In this document: in pieces, positions 1 to 8,943 of the stretch
Layout of the letters: every line of letters starts with the position of its first letter
Numbering within the stretch: the first letter of the stretch is position 1
Source of the DNA: a virus
Taxonomy: Duplodnaviria; Caudoviricetes
Virus record (IMG/VR): IMGVR_UViG_3300025320_000152
Location: 1 to 64,000 of that record
DNA length: 64,000 bases
Direction: 5' to 3' (one strand)
Notes under the pieces: generated by a model
What the model was told of the DNA's origin: nothing
What the model saw: only the letters and a program-made list of their open reading frames with translations
Databases searched by the model: none
Translations under genes and position numbers: made by a program

Positions 1-435
1 TCATCCGAGAGTGACGTCTGTACGCATGCGGCGGATGGCCTCTATCGCCATGATGGCCTCAGGGCCGGGATTCTCGATCTCGCGCATGCCGTGCTCGGCC
101 GCCACTGCGCCGGACTCGAACAGAGGGACGGGAGAGACGTAGTCGCGAACGGCCTCAGCGACTTCCGTGGCCATGTGGCCAAGCGCGATGGCGATCCTGA
201 TCGACATGAGCTCTACGCCGTCGTGGCATCCGGCCCAGCCGGCGCACACGATCGGCGACTCGGCGCTCTCCTCCTCTATGTGGCAGCCGAAGACCGCCGC
301 TGGCTGCTCACCTGTCTCCAGGTCGTAAGGGGGTAGCTTCTCGTACTCGGAGTTTGCCCAGACGCCGGAGGCGACGTCGCGCCGGTAGGGGCAGTGCTTG
401 CAGGGCGTGCGCGCCGGAGGACGCCAGAGCCGCAT
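1..435 (-). CDS. DUF6283-like phage protein
   Basis: PCKHCPYRRDV.SG.W...EYEKLP.YD and CAGW.GCH motifs recalled for this family. Confidence 0.55.
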   Translation of the reverse strand: MRLWRPPARTPCKHCPYRRDVASGVWANSEYEKLPPYDLETGEQPAAVFGCHIEEESAESPIVCAGWAGCHDGVELMSIRIAIALGHMATEVAEAVRDYVSPVPLFESGAVAAEHGMREIENPGPEAIMAIEAIRRMRTDVTLG

Positions 436-704
436 CGGTCAATCTCCCCAGTCTTCGAGTGTGGCCAGCGTATTGCTAGTCGCTAACAGTTGTCGCTAAC
501 AGTCGGCGCTCGCCGACCGGAATGCTGGCTGCATGAACACGGACATAGTCGAGTATCGGATCATGGCGGGCGGCCGTCAGGGCGGTAAGCGCAAGGCAGT
601 CGAAGCGTTCGTCGGCCTGCTGCTTGCGGGCGGTTGGACTGAGCTTCCTAAGGAACGGTTCGGGCCGAGCGTGCGTGTGTTCAGCAGGCCGGAGGTTGAG
701 TCCC

Positions 705-1034
705 ATGGGTGACCACCGACTGTACGTCCGCTTCCCGGACGGCGAGATCCGCCACGGCGGCTACCGCTCATCGTGTGACCTCGCCCTCCCGGCGCTGTTC
801 GAGACTCCCGATGAAGCCGCGCAGGCGGCCTTCATCCGAGGCCGTGTCGTACCGGACCACGGAACCGGCGAGCAGGTCGAGGTCGCGACGGTATACGGCA
901 ACGGCTTCTGGTGGACGGCGACCGCGCTCAAGGACTGGCTCACCTCGAATCACGACCCGTTCGCAGCCGACGAGCACGCCGGCCTGCCGGAGTGGCTGAC
1001 CGCGTACTTCGCCGATGACGACGCAGATGAGTGA
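705..1034 (+). CDS. hypothetical protein
   Basis: ATG at 705 after GGAGG; high-GC3 coding pattern; overlaps the next ORF. Confidence 0.6.
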   Translation: MGDHRLYVRFPDGEIRHGGYRSSCDLALPALFETPDEAAQAAFIRGRVVPDHGTGEQVEVATVYGNGFWWTATALKDWLTSNHDPFAADEHAGLPEWLTAYFADDDADE

Positions 1035-1356
1035 CGAGTGCCGCCCCGAGATGCTGCCGTCCGGTGAGGTGATCCGTGTCCGGGGCGCACGCCCGTTCTC
1101 CGAGGCCGAGAGGAAGTCCCTCGGGGAACTTGTCGAGGCGGCGCGCCGCAGGATGCCGCCGCCGAACCCTGGCGCGTTGGAGTTGCATGAGCGCATCGTG
1201 GCCGCTCTTGCAGGGCTGGAGATTTCCCGCCGCATCGAACTCGCTCCCATGATCGGTGTGAAGTACTCCGTGCTCGGCCGCATCCCCCAGGGCCGCATGC
1301 CCGATGCGGACGACCTGGCGAAGATCGAGACGTGGCTGGCTGAGCACGGAGTCTGA
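1027..1356 (+). CDS. hypothetical protein, possible C-terminal HTH
   Basis: C-terminal RRIELAPMIGVKYSVLGRI..GRMP resembles an XRE-type HTH. Confidence 0.5.
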   Translation: MSDECRPEMLPSGEVIRVRGARPFSEAERKSLGELVEAARRRMPPPNPGALELHERIVAALAGLEISRRIELAPMIGVKYSVLGRIPQGRMPDADDLAKIETWLAEHGV

Positions 1357-1360
1357 GGCG

Positions 1361-1807
1361 TCAACCCGCCTGCTGAGCCGACTTCTTCGCTTCCCTCTTC
1401 AACTTGCGGTCGACTTTCATGGAGATCTTGTCAGGCGCATAGCACCCCGCAGCCTTGACGAGGTCGAGGCGGTAGGCGCTGGCGTTCACGCGCTCCGCGT
1501 GCTCGTCGAGGATCGGCCCTTCTTCGATCCACGAGGGCACGCGCCACAGGTCGGTGTCGACGTCCTGACAGTCCTCGATGAAGATCCCGTTCTCGTCGAG
1601 GACGTCGCCCGGCTCCAGGCGTGCGGGGAGATCGCAGCCCCAGTCCAATTCCAGCCATCTGGCGTTGCGGTGCTTGTCGCGGATCGTTCGGGCGAGGTAG
1701 CCGAGCGCTGCGTACTGCACATCGGCCCCGGAGTCCCTGTACGTCTCTACCGTCAGCTCGAACGCGGCGTGGTCGCGAACGTTAGTCAGGTATTCCTGCT
1801 CTGCCAT
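1361..1807 (-). CDS. hypothetical protein
   Basis: ATG at 1807 with GGAG; abuts the upstream ORF. Confidence 0.6.
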   Translation of the reverse strand: MAEQEYLTNVRDHAAFELTVETYRDSGADVQYAALGYLARTIRDKHRNARWLELDWGCDLPARLEPGDVLDENGIFIEDCQDVDTDLWRVPSWIEEGPILDEHAERVNASAYRLDLVKAAGCYAPDKISMKVDRKLKREAKKSAQQAG

Positions 1808-2397
1808 CACAGCTCCTTCGTCAGGTCGAGTCGCGCCAGGACCAATTCGAGCTGCTCGATCCATCCAGGAAGGCTCTGCAGAACTTCCATCCCGGCGTCC
1901 TCTTCGGCCTGCTCATACCTGATCCTGTCCGACTTGGACGCGGCCTCCAGCCAGTCCTCGTCGGCCTTCTCGGGGTCGGCGTCCTCCCTATGCTTGGCTG
2001 CCGTGGCATCCCAATCGGATCGCGCGCCGGTCATGCTGCTCAGCAGGTTCCGCAGCGCTTCGATCGCGGACGGTTGCGCACCGTCCTGCTCGTCGTCAGG
2101 CTCGGGGCTCTCCTGGCCGCTGAGGTCTTCGAGGGTGAACGCGTCGCACGCGTCCTTCCGGCCTGAAAGGGCCGCCACGTAGTGCTCGATGCGGTAGCGT
2201 CCGCACCTCGTGCAGATCCAGACCTCTATGGATAGACCCGGGATCGACAAGTCCGGCACCGCCGAGGCGGGGATCGTGTCCCTGTTGCGCTTGATCGCAT
2301 CGGCCAGTGCGTAGGAGGCGACGTTCAGCGCGCGGTCCCCGCCATGGGCGTTGGCAGCGGCGAACCGCTCGATCGCATCCTCGATCTCGATCGTCAT
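1807..2397 (-). CDS. hypothetical protein
   Basis: ATG at 2397; 4-nt overlap with the upstream ORF. Confidence 0.6.
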   Translation of the reverse strand: MTIEIEDAIERFAAANAHGGDRALNVASYALADAIKRNRDTIPASAVPDLSIPGLSIEVWICTRCGRYRIEHYVAALSGRKDACDAFTLEDLSGQESPEPDDEQDGAQPSAIEALRNLLSSMTGARSDWDATAAKHREDADPEKADEDWLEAASKSDRIRYEQAEEDAGMEVLQSLPGWIEQLELVLARLDLTKEL

Positions 2398-2741
2398 GTC
2401 TGCAGTTCCTTCTCGATGTGGTCGCGGAGCTCGGCGCGCTCGTCGTCGCTGAGAGCACTGTGCTTGTACGGCTCGGTCGGGTACGGGAACTGGTCGGGCA
2501 GCTCGAAGGCCCATCCGAACCCGAAGCTGATCGCCTGATCTGCGCGGGCGATGAAGACGTTCCAGCCGGTCTCGTCCGGCGAGATGACGCTGTACTCGAA
2601 CGCGAGGCGGGAGCGGTACGCGTGCGCCAGACGCAGCCGCCCTTCGCCGTACTCCCGAACCCATATGCGCGCCGTCTCCAGGCTCCGTTCCCGCCGCAGG
2701 ATGCCGACGTCGATGTCGAGCACCAGCCACAAAAAGTTCAC
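2394..2741 (-). CDS. hypothetical protein
   Basis: GTG start; 4-nt overlaps at both ends. Confidence 0.55.
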   Translation of the reverse strand: MNFLWLVLDIDVGILRRERSLETARIWVREYGEGRLRLAHAYRSRLAFEYSVISPDETGWNVFIARADQAISFGFGWAFELPDQFPYPTEPYKHSALSDDERAELRDHIEKELQT

Positions 2742-3310
2742 TCGTCCACAGCGATCAGCATCGTGGCGATGACCTGCTCGCGTGTGATGTCTTGGACGAG
2801 CTTGCCGTCCTGGTCCTGCACCATGAACTTCGAGCCGTAGCCCACAACGGTCCCCGCATGCAGCGCGGTCGCGGTCGCGTACGCGATGACCATGTCCAGA
2901 TTCGGATCGTCGCCAAGGTGGGAGTCGGTGACCATGCGCCACATCCGAGAGATGCGCTCACGGTCCGGGGAGAGGTAGCGCACGCCGATATTGATGTCGT
3001 CCGGGTCGTCCTCGAAGTGCGGGATCCGCGGCCAGCGTTCACGGTCCTCCCAGGCGTCGCCGTCGTTGACGTCGATGCGCAGGCTTGGCTCGCCGTTTTT
3101 CCCGTGAGGGCCGCCGTCCGCCGAGTCGAACTCCGCGCGGGGCTTGCCGTCGACGAGGCTGTAGTTCAGGAGCACCTTGAACGGGAAGATCTTGCTCGGA
3201 TGGACCTGGATGAACTTCTGGCCGTCCCCCTCGCCGATCTCGAAGATGGGCTCGTCGTCCAGCTTGTCATTGAACGCCTTGGCCTGGTTAATCAGGGCGT
3301 ACGCGTCCAT
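2738..3310 (-). CDS. hypothetical protein
   Basis: ATG at 3310 after an AAGGG RBS-like sequence. Confidence 0.65.
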   Translation of the reverse strand: MDAYALINQAKAFNDKLDDEPIFEIGEGDGQKFIQVHPSKIFPFKVLLNYSLVDGKPRAEFDSADGGPHGKNGEPSLRIDVNDGDAWEDRERWPRIPHFEDDPDDINIGVRYLSPDRERISRMWRMVTDSHLGDDPNLDMVIAYATATALHAGTVVGYGSKFMVQDQDGKLVQDITREQVIATMLIAVDE

Positions 3311-3390
3311 AGGATTCCCTTCTTGGGTGGAAGCCGCCGGGCCCCTCAGCATCAGCCAAGGAGCCCGACAGCGGGTTGAATACCGGCCGG

Positions 3391-3693
3391 TCAGGGCGAG
3401 GCTGCTTCGGCCGCTTCAATCAGGTCGGCGATAAGCCAGTCGAGCCGGCCGTCCTGCGCGTAGCGGAACTCGACCTCTGCGTGCTCGCAGGAGATCTTCG
3501 CCGTGAACCCAACCAGCTCGCAGGTACCGCAGTGCGCGAATCCCCCCTGGTTGGTGAGGTCGCGCACGGCGATGCTGGGGCAATGCAGGATGTGGCTCTG
3601 AGTGCTGTACGGCAGGTGGCTGAATTGCTCGGCGAACCGAGACAGGGTGAGCCGCTCCAGCAGCTCGTCCGCGCTCGGCTGGTCGCCGGTCAC
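3391..3693 (-). CDS. hypothetical protein (Cys-containing)
   Basis: ORF in a tightly packed operon; C/CxxC residues. Confidence 0.55.
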   Translation of the reverse strand: MTGDQPSADELLERLTLSRFAEQFSHLPYSTQSHILHCPSIAVRDLTNQGGFAHCGTCELVGFTAKISCEHAEVEFRYAQDGRLDWLIADLIEAAEAASP

Positions 3694-3965
3694 GCGTTAC
3701 TGCCGGAGATGTATTCCTCGATCATCTGGTTCAGCCGGGCGTTCGTGGCGTTGAGTACCTCGTTCTCGGACTCCAGGTGCATGGTGTCGAAGGCGCCCTT
3801 CAGGAAGTCGCCGTAGACCAGCGGCACGAGGAGGCAGCCGTAGACCAGGGCCAACAGCAGAGCAAGCCACATTTGCTGGAAGATGACCGCGATTATGAAG
3901 GTGCCTTCGAGGAAGAGCAGCACGATGACCACGTTCCTGCGCCAGTTGCGACGCAGCAGCGTCAC
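3690..3965 (-). CDS. small membrane protein
   Basis: two hydrophobic segments followed by a coiled-coil-like tail. Confidence 0.55.
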   Translation of the reverse strand: MTLLRRNWRRNVVIVLLFLEGTFIIAVIFQQMWLALLLALVYGCLLVPLVYGDFLKGAFDTMHLESENEVLNATNARLNQMIEEYISGSNA

Positions 3966-3981
3966 GAGTGACTCCCCCGCC

Positions 3982-4806
3982 TCAGCCGCGACTAAGCGGC
4001 TTGCTCGCGGGACGGTGCGCCATGGACTCGGCGCGCTTCGTCTGCGCCCTGGCCGCGTCCTCGCGGCGCTTCAGAGTACGCTCGTAGTCCTCGAACCTGG
4101 CCTTGGCGATGGTCCCGCGGTCGTCGCTGCGCAGGACAACGCCCTCCGCCCGGCCTCGCGCGCCCTCGTCCAGCGCGACGCGCGTCTTGGGGAGCAGCTC
4201 GTTGAGCCACACGTAGGTGTCCTCGACGGTGCCGGGCAGCTCGCCAGCCTCGACCATCCCGAGGCGCGGGGTGAGCTCGATACCCTCGACCTCGGCGGCG
4301 CGGTCCAGCACGTACTCGGTGGACCAGGCCTGGCCGCCATGCTCGCGCCAGAAGGCGATGCGCTCGCGCTCCCAGCCGAACACCTCCATCGGCACCCAGG
4401 CGAGATCGAACAGGCGGGCGCCGACGTTGCGCTCGCTGCTGTACTGCTTGGCGGCCGACGTGGTTCCACCAAAGACTTCCAGGAAGAATACAAGGGCCTT
4501 GTCGGAGCTCTGACCGTGCAGCGTCGCGGCGAGCGGGCGCAGCGCGTCAACGACGCCATCGGTCTTGGGGGCCACGCGGTCGCCACGGGCGGTAAGCAGC
4601 TCCTCGCGGCTACCGATGTACCAGTCGCCGTCCGGCATGAGGATGATGCGTGCGTTGACGCCGTTGATCTTCTCGGTCAGCAGGACGCGGCCCTCGAACT
4701 CGATGTGCTCCTCCAGCAGCCCACCCCGACCGTCGAGGGTGTGGTGGGTGGGGATGGACGGGTACTTGGTCGCGCTGTTGAGGCACGCCAGGTCGAGCTT
4801 GGTCAC
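3982..4806 (-). CDS. ATP-dependent RNA ligase family protein (Rnl2-like nucleotidyltransferase)
   Basis: KYPSI N-terminus, motif I TEKINGVNAR, LFD, EGVVLR and AKAR motifs. Confidence 0.75.
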   Translation of the reverse strand: MTKLDLACLNSATKYPSIPTHHTLDGRGGLLEEHIEFEGRVLLTEKINGVNARIILMPDGDWYIGSREELLTARGDRVAPKTDGVVDALRPLAATLHGQSSDKALVFFLEVFGGTTSAAKQYSSERNVGARLFDLAWVPMEVFGWERERIAFWREHGGQAWSTEYVLDRAAEVEGIELTPRLGMVEAGELPGTVEDTYVWLNELLPKTRVALDEGARGRAEGVVLRSDDRGTIAKARFEDYERTLKRREDAARAQTKRAESMAHRPASKPLSRG

Positions 4807-5003
4807 AGCATGATTCCCATCTGCCGGCGTCGCCGCTCGGCTTTCTCAGGGTCGAGAGTGTGGGGTGTTCCGGCGCGGGGGCCCGGGGCGCTGGGGCTGA
4901 CGCAGAATGCGCTGTCCCAGGTATCTGTGGTGCGGAACCCGTCGGTGAACAGCTCGGCGTCGCAGTAGGCGCACGGTCCGACGGGATTCCAGTGCTTAGG
5001 CAT
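4803..5003 (-). CDS. small zinc-finger-like hypothetical protein
   Basis: CAYC...C motif; 4-nt overlap with the ligase gene. Confidence 0.45.
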   Translation of the reverse strand: MPKHWNPVGPCAYCDAELFTDGFRTTDTWDSAFCVSPSAPGPRAGTPHTLDPEKAERRRRQMGIML

Positions 5004-5018
5004 GGCGCGACCACCTCC

Positions 5019-5420
5019 TTACCGGCGCACGCGGGGGCGCCGGGAGATACTGGTCAGTCGGGTGAGTGCGACCTCGACCTCTGCGAGGTTCCCTTCCGCG
5101 ACCGTCCAGAGCGCGATGCCATGCTGCTCTGCCCATTCCGTGAACTCGTCGATGTGCTTCTCGCCCCGCCAGAACACGATGCTGTTGGCCGCGAGGATGA
5201 TGTCGTACTTGTCCGGGCGCGTCAGCCACGGGCCGAGGCCGGGCCGGTCGAACGGGCGGCTGGTTCCGGAGACGGCCCGGTCCTCGCAGACGCCGACCAG
5301 CTCCCAGCCATGCGCCTGGATGAATGGGTTGGTCTTCGCATTCTGATGCTGGAGCTGCTCGTAGTTGTCCTGTGCGGACCGCGCTATCGCGAGGCAGCGC
5401 GGTCGCAGGTTCTTGACCAT
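5019..5420 (-). CDS. stand-alone serine recombinase (resolvase) catalytic-domain-like protein, probably degenerate
   Basis: HGWELVGVCEDRAVSGTSRPFDRPGL is typical of serine recombinase N-domains; no DNA-binding domain. Confidence 0.65.
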   Translation of the reverse strand: MVKNLRPRCLAIARSAQDNYEQLQHQNAKTNPFIQAHGWELVGVCEDRAVSGTSRPFDRPGLGPWLTRPDKYDIILAANSIVFWRGEKHIDEFTEWAEQHGIALWTVAEGNLAEVEVALTRLTSISRRPRVRR

Positions 5421-5479
5421 TCCTCTCCTTCATGAGCGCCGCCCGGCCACTGCGATGTGCAGCGACCGGGCGGCGAGTT

Positions 5480-6109
5480 CTACATGCCCGGGTGTAGTTC
5501 GCGGTGCGCCTGGCAGCCGCCGTCCGCGAAGAACACGTACGTGACCATGAGCGGACCCTCATACGCCCACCAGGCGCGTGCGGGCATCCACGCGCTCTCG
5601 TCCTCTTGCAGGACGATCGTGATCGTGGACGAGCCGTTGCCCAGTGGTTTGGCGTGCTCGCGCAGGTAGGCCTCGTCGTACGTGCACTCGGCCGGCAAGA
5701 CGCTCTGACCCTCGCCGACCCGGTACTGCGCTGCGCCTATGGCGTCCGCCAGCACGCTGACGAGTTGGATCAGCTTGTCCTGCAGCGCCTCGGTGTCCAG
5801 CGGCGTATCGTGCTCGCGCTGGTGGTGCGCCTGCCAGTCCACGGCGTCGATGCCCAGCCAGCCGGGGAGGTTCTCCCCGGGCAGTGCGTTCGCATCGTCG
5901 ACGGGCCCGGCGACCAGCGGAAGCTGCGTTCCGAGCGCCGTGTTGGCGACCTGGTAGGACGGCCATGCTCCGACGAGCTCGGGCGGCAGCCGCACGTATC
6001 CGTGTGGGATCCCACCTTCGTCCACCCGGACCACGCATAGCAGCCCGCTCTCGGTCCGCCAGTCATGCGCGCGCGCTAACCAGATCGGATCTCGTTCGAG
6101 ATCATCCAC
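5480..6109 (-). CDS. hypothetical protein
   Basis: 209-aa ORF with GGAG RBS; HGYV...GID pattern. Confidence 0.6.
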   Translation of the reverse strand: MDDLERDPIWLARAHDWRTESGLLCVVRVDEGGIPHGYVRLPPELVGAWPSYQVANTALGTQLPLVAGPVDDANALPGENLPGWLGIDAVDWQAHHQREHDTPLDTEALQDKLIQLVSVLADAIGAAQYRVGEGQSVLPAECTYDEAYLREHAKPLGNGSSTITIVLQEDESAWMPARAWWAYEGPLMVTYVFFADGGCQAHRELHPGM

Positions 6110-6125
6110 ACTGTCTGCTCCTTTC

Positions 6126-7160
6126 CTACTTCTTCTCCGCCTTGAGCTGCCGCCCGTGGAGGGTCAGCGCGACCGCGATGTTGCCAGCTTCCTTCGCACC
6201 GACACCCTCGATCCCCGCCAGCTGGCTCCGGGTGAGATCGCACAGCTGGTCGACCGTCTCAATCCCTGAGGTCTTGAGACCACCGAGGCTGCGCCTGACC
6301 TTGGTGACGTCCTGGAGCTCCAGGGCGTCCTCGGGCAGCTTCAGGCCCAACTCGGTCAGCGCGCTCCGGATGCCCGTGACGTAGGTGGGACCGACGCCGG
6401 GAATTCTCCCGAGTTGGCGCGGCGACTTGCCGAGCAGCTGCGCCACGGTGTCGACGCCGTCGCTGTGCAGGGACGCGACAGCGTTGGCATGGATGTTCAG
6501 CCGGGCGACGGGCGTCACTTCGAGCTCGGCCCAGCGCTCCGGATCCATCCCTTCGGGCACCTTCGTCTCGGGCTGTGACGCGGTCGCGGTTGCGATCGGA
6601 ACCCGGGCCTTGACCGCCCTGCGGATAGCTTCCTTGACCTCCTCCTCGCTGACGCCATAGGACTCGGCGATATCAGCGGCGGAACTGATTTCGTTCAGCC
6701 CCGCCACCTCCTCGTCGCTCGGCAGTCCGACCGTCGGCTTAGGCTCCGCTGCGGGCTCCGGCTCAATCGCCGGCGCCGTGAAGCGCACGGGAGCCGGTGG
6801 CACTCGTGCGGGCGCCGATTGCGCTGCGAGCTTGGGGTCCGTGACTGGCTTCAACTCGGGCGACGGCACTGTGAAGCGCCCCTGCGCCGGAATCTGCGCA
6901 GACTCCTCTTCCCTCACCGCAGCCGCCTGCTCGGGCTCGGTCGTCTCCGGCCGGTCGGCCGGTATGTGAAGAGGAACCTGTGCCGCTGAGAGGGCAGCGA
7001 CTGCCGGCGAAGTCCAGTTCACCTCGAACTCGACTTGGTCCATCGGGATCGCCACGACCCACGTGCCGTTCTTGCTGAAGGCTCCGGTGAGCGGGACGTC
7101 ATTGAGGCGCGGGCCGTCCTCCTGGGTGATCTTGAGGTGGAACGGTCTATCGAGCTCCAT
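6126..7160 (-). CDS. protein with two C-terminal RNA polymerase alpha-CTD-like (HhH) domains
   Basis: two repeats of L..xG(V/I)xTV.QL...(S/T)..QL..I.GVG; Pro/Ala/Glu-rich linker. Confidence 0.7.
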   Translation of the reverse strand: MELDRPFHLKITQEDGPRLNDVPLTGAFSKNGTWVVAIPMDQVEFEVNWTSPAVAALSAAQVPLHIPADRPETTEPEQAAAVREEESAQIPAQGRFTVPSPELKPVTDPKLAAQSAPARVPPAPVRFTAPAIEPEPAAEPKPTVGLPSDEEVAGLNEISSAADIAESYGVSEEEVKEAIRRAVKARVPIATATASQPETKVPEGMDPERWAELEVTPVARLNIHANAVASLHSDGVDTVAQLLGKSPRQLGRIPGVGPTYVTGIRSALTELGLKLPEDALELQDVTKVRRSLGGLKTSGIETVDQLCDLTRSQLAGIEGVGAKEAGNIAVALTLHGRQLKAEKK

Positions 7161-7404
7161 ATATCTGCTCCATGTAGTGTGCTGAGCAGGGGCTTTCTAT
7201 ATCCCCGGACATCGGTTAATTATGGGCGACCCTATCGAGGACGGCTAGGATTAATATCGGGTAGCAGCTATTTATCTCCTTGTGACATTTGCTAAGAATC
7301 GACTAGTCCCGAAGGACCCCAACGGCCGCCGTCCCAGTTCGGAGCGGCGGCCGAGAGGCTCACGCGGGCAGTACGACTAGCCACGCAGCTGGCTTGTAAC
7401 TGCC

Positions 7405-7734
7405 TTATTCAGTTCCCATATCAGTGATAACCGGACTTACCGCGAGCCGCACGACACGGCCCTTGCCATGCTTCTCCTCGATCTCCGTGCCGTAGGGGAA
7501 GCACATCGTCAGACCGCCCTTGTACGGGTGGGAGAACAGCGGCTCCGACTCTCCAGCCGCGATCCAGGCCCAGTGCGTGGCGGACGGGTCGTCCTTGGCG
7601 ACCTCGACCACCTCGACCTCGACGATCGGATACGACAGGTGGTGGATCTCGACCCACCACTTCTCGCCGAGGTCGTAGTACTTACCGTCGTCGTACCGGT
7701 GGGCGAACATGCTCCACGTCTGAGGCTCGGTCAC
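7405..7734 (-). CDS. hypothetical protein
   Basis: ORF with 4-nt overlap; coding-like composition. Confidence 0.6.
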   Translation of the reverse strand: MTEPQTWSMFAHRYDDGKYYDLGEKWWVEIHHLSYPIVEVEVVEVAKDDPSATHWAWIAAGESEPLFSHPYKGGLTMCFPYGTEIEEKHGKGRVVRLAVSPVITDMGTE

Positions 7735-7961
7735 ATGTCCTGCTCGCCGACGCCAGTCACCTCGCGGCCTGTGGTACCGGCGTAGTTTTCGTTCTCCTCG
7801 TAATCGGACAGATCCAGGACGTCGTCGAGATCGTCTCCGTTCGCGATGGCCTGGCGCAGTTGTGCCGCCGGGAACTGCGCGGTGAAGGATTCCGTCGTGC
7901 TCCAGCGCACCTCCACCATCTCGTCGTCGGGCAGGTCGTTCAGGAACTCGAAGTCGCCCAT
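7731..7961 (-). CDS. small acidic hypothetical protein
   Basis: ATG at 7961 after GGAGG. Confidence 0.55.
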   Translation of the reverse strand: MGDFEFLNDLPDDEMVEVRWSTTESFTAQFPAAQLRQAIANGDDLDDVLDLSDYEENENYAGTTGREVTGVGEQDM

Positions 7962-8575
7962 GCGACCTCCTTCTGCAGTTCGGCGACCTCCGCGAGCGCG
8001 CCGCGCGCGGCGGGCTTGTTGTAAGTGGCCAGCACAGGGATCAGCACACGCAGGACGTTGATGTCGCGGGTCTTGAGCCGGACGTTGATGTCGCCCCGGT
8101 GTGCGGCCTCGATGGCGACCTCTCCGGCCTCGCCGACGTCGAAGTACCCGTAGATGTGGTTCGGCTCGCCGTCGTGGCCCTCCGTGTTGACGCGCGGGGT
8201 GATCGAGAGAATCTCGCCGATCTGCGCCAGCGCGTCCTTCGTGTCCTCGGCCCACTCCTCGGCGCCGTGCTGGTGCTCCATCCGGTCGGCCAGCAGGTTG
8301 CGGTACATCGGAACGTAGTCCCGCACCAAGACATCGATGATCTTGTCGGAGCCCCAAGCCAGGGGCGCCGTGAAGGTCAACGTCACGTCCATGGCGTTGA
8401 CCGGCTTGCAGATGATCTGTAACGCGTCCTCGGAGATCGCCTCAATCGTGATCTTCGCACGGTCCGGGCCGACGACCTGAGACCCGACGGGGTAGGGCTC
8501 AGCCATCCACTGCCTGCCGAGCTTGGCCGCAATTCGGCTGGCCAGCGCCAACATCCGTGTCTGCTCCTTGTACAT
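7940..8575 (-). CDS. hypothetical protein
   Basis: 211-aa ORF with GGAG RBS. Confidence 0.6.
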   Translation of the reverse strand: MYKEQTRMLALASRIAAKLGRQWMAEPYPVGSQVVGPDRAKITIEAISEDALQIICKPVNAMDVTLTFTAPLAWGSDKIIDVLVRDYVPMYRNLLADRMEHQHGAEEWAEDTKDALAQIGEILSITPRVNTEGHDGEPNHIYGYFDVGEAGEVAIEAAHRGDINVRLKTRDINVLRVLIPVLATYNKPAARGALAEVAELQKEVAWATSSS

Positions 8576-8602
8576 ACTCCATCACCTCTCGCTGACGATT
8601 CT

Positions 8603-8639
8603 GGGCATGCAGAAGCCCCGGGTGTTAGCAACCGGGGCT
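8603..8639 (-). terminator. intrinsic terminator-like hairpin, copy A of a direct repeat
   Basis: GCCCCGG stem followed on the minus strand by TTCTGCATGCCC. Confidence 0.6.
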
Positions 8640-8657
8640 GTGGCCGCGCTGTGGGTG

Positions 8658-8825
8658 CTAGTTGATCAGCAGAGCCGGGCAGCCGCTGATGTTCAGCGTG
8701 CTGATGCCGGTGATGTCCTTGACGTTGCCCTTCCCCTTCTTGGTGATGACCTTGACCTCGGTCATCCCGTCGCCGCCGGCCTTCTTGATCGACTCGATGA
8801 ACTGCTCCAGCATTTCGACAGTCAT
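8658..8825 (-). CDS. small hypothetical protein (55 aa)
   Basis: ATG at 8825 after GGAAGG; flanked by the two repeated hairpins. Confidence 0.55.
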   Translation of the reverse strand: MTVEMLEQFIESIKKAGGDGMTEVKVITKKGKGNVKDITGISTLNISGCPALLIN

Positions 8826-8879
8826 GTCGGTACCTTCCGATTGGAGTGCGGGACCGTGCAGGGGCACGATCCCGAGCCT

Positions 8880-8915
8880 GGGCATGCAGAAGCCCCGGGT
8901 GTTAACACCCGGGGC
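8880..8915 (-). terminator. intrinsic terminator-like hairpin, copy B of a direct repeat
   Basis: GCCCCGGGTGTTAACACCCGGGGC followed on the minus strand by TTCTGCATGCCC. Confidence 0.6.
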
Positions 8916-8943
8916 CGTCTAGTCGTGCGCTAGCTGAGGAACG

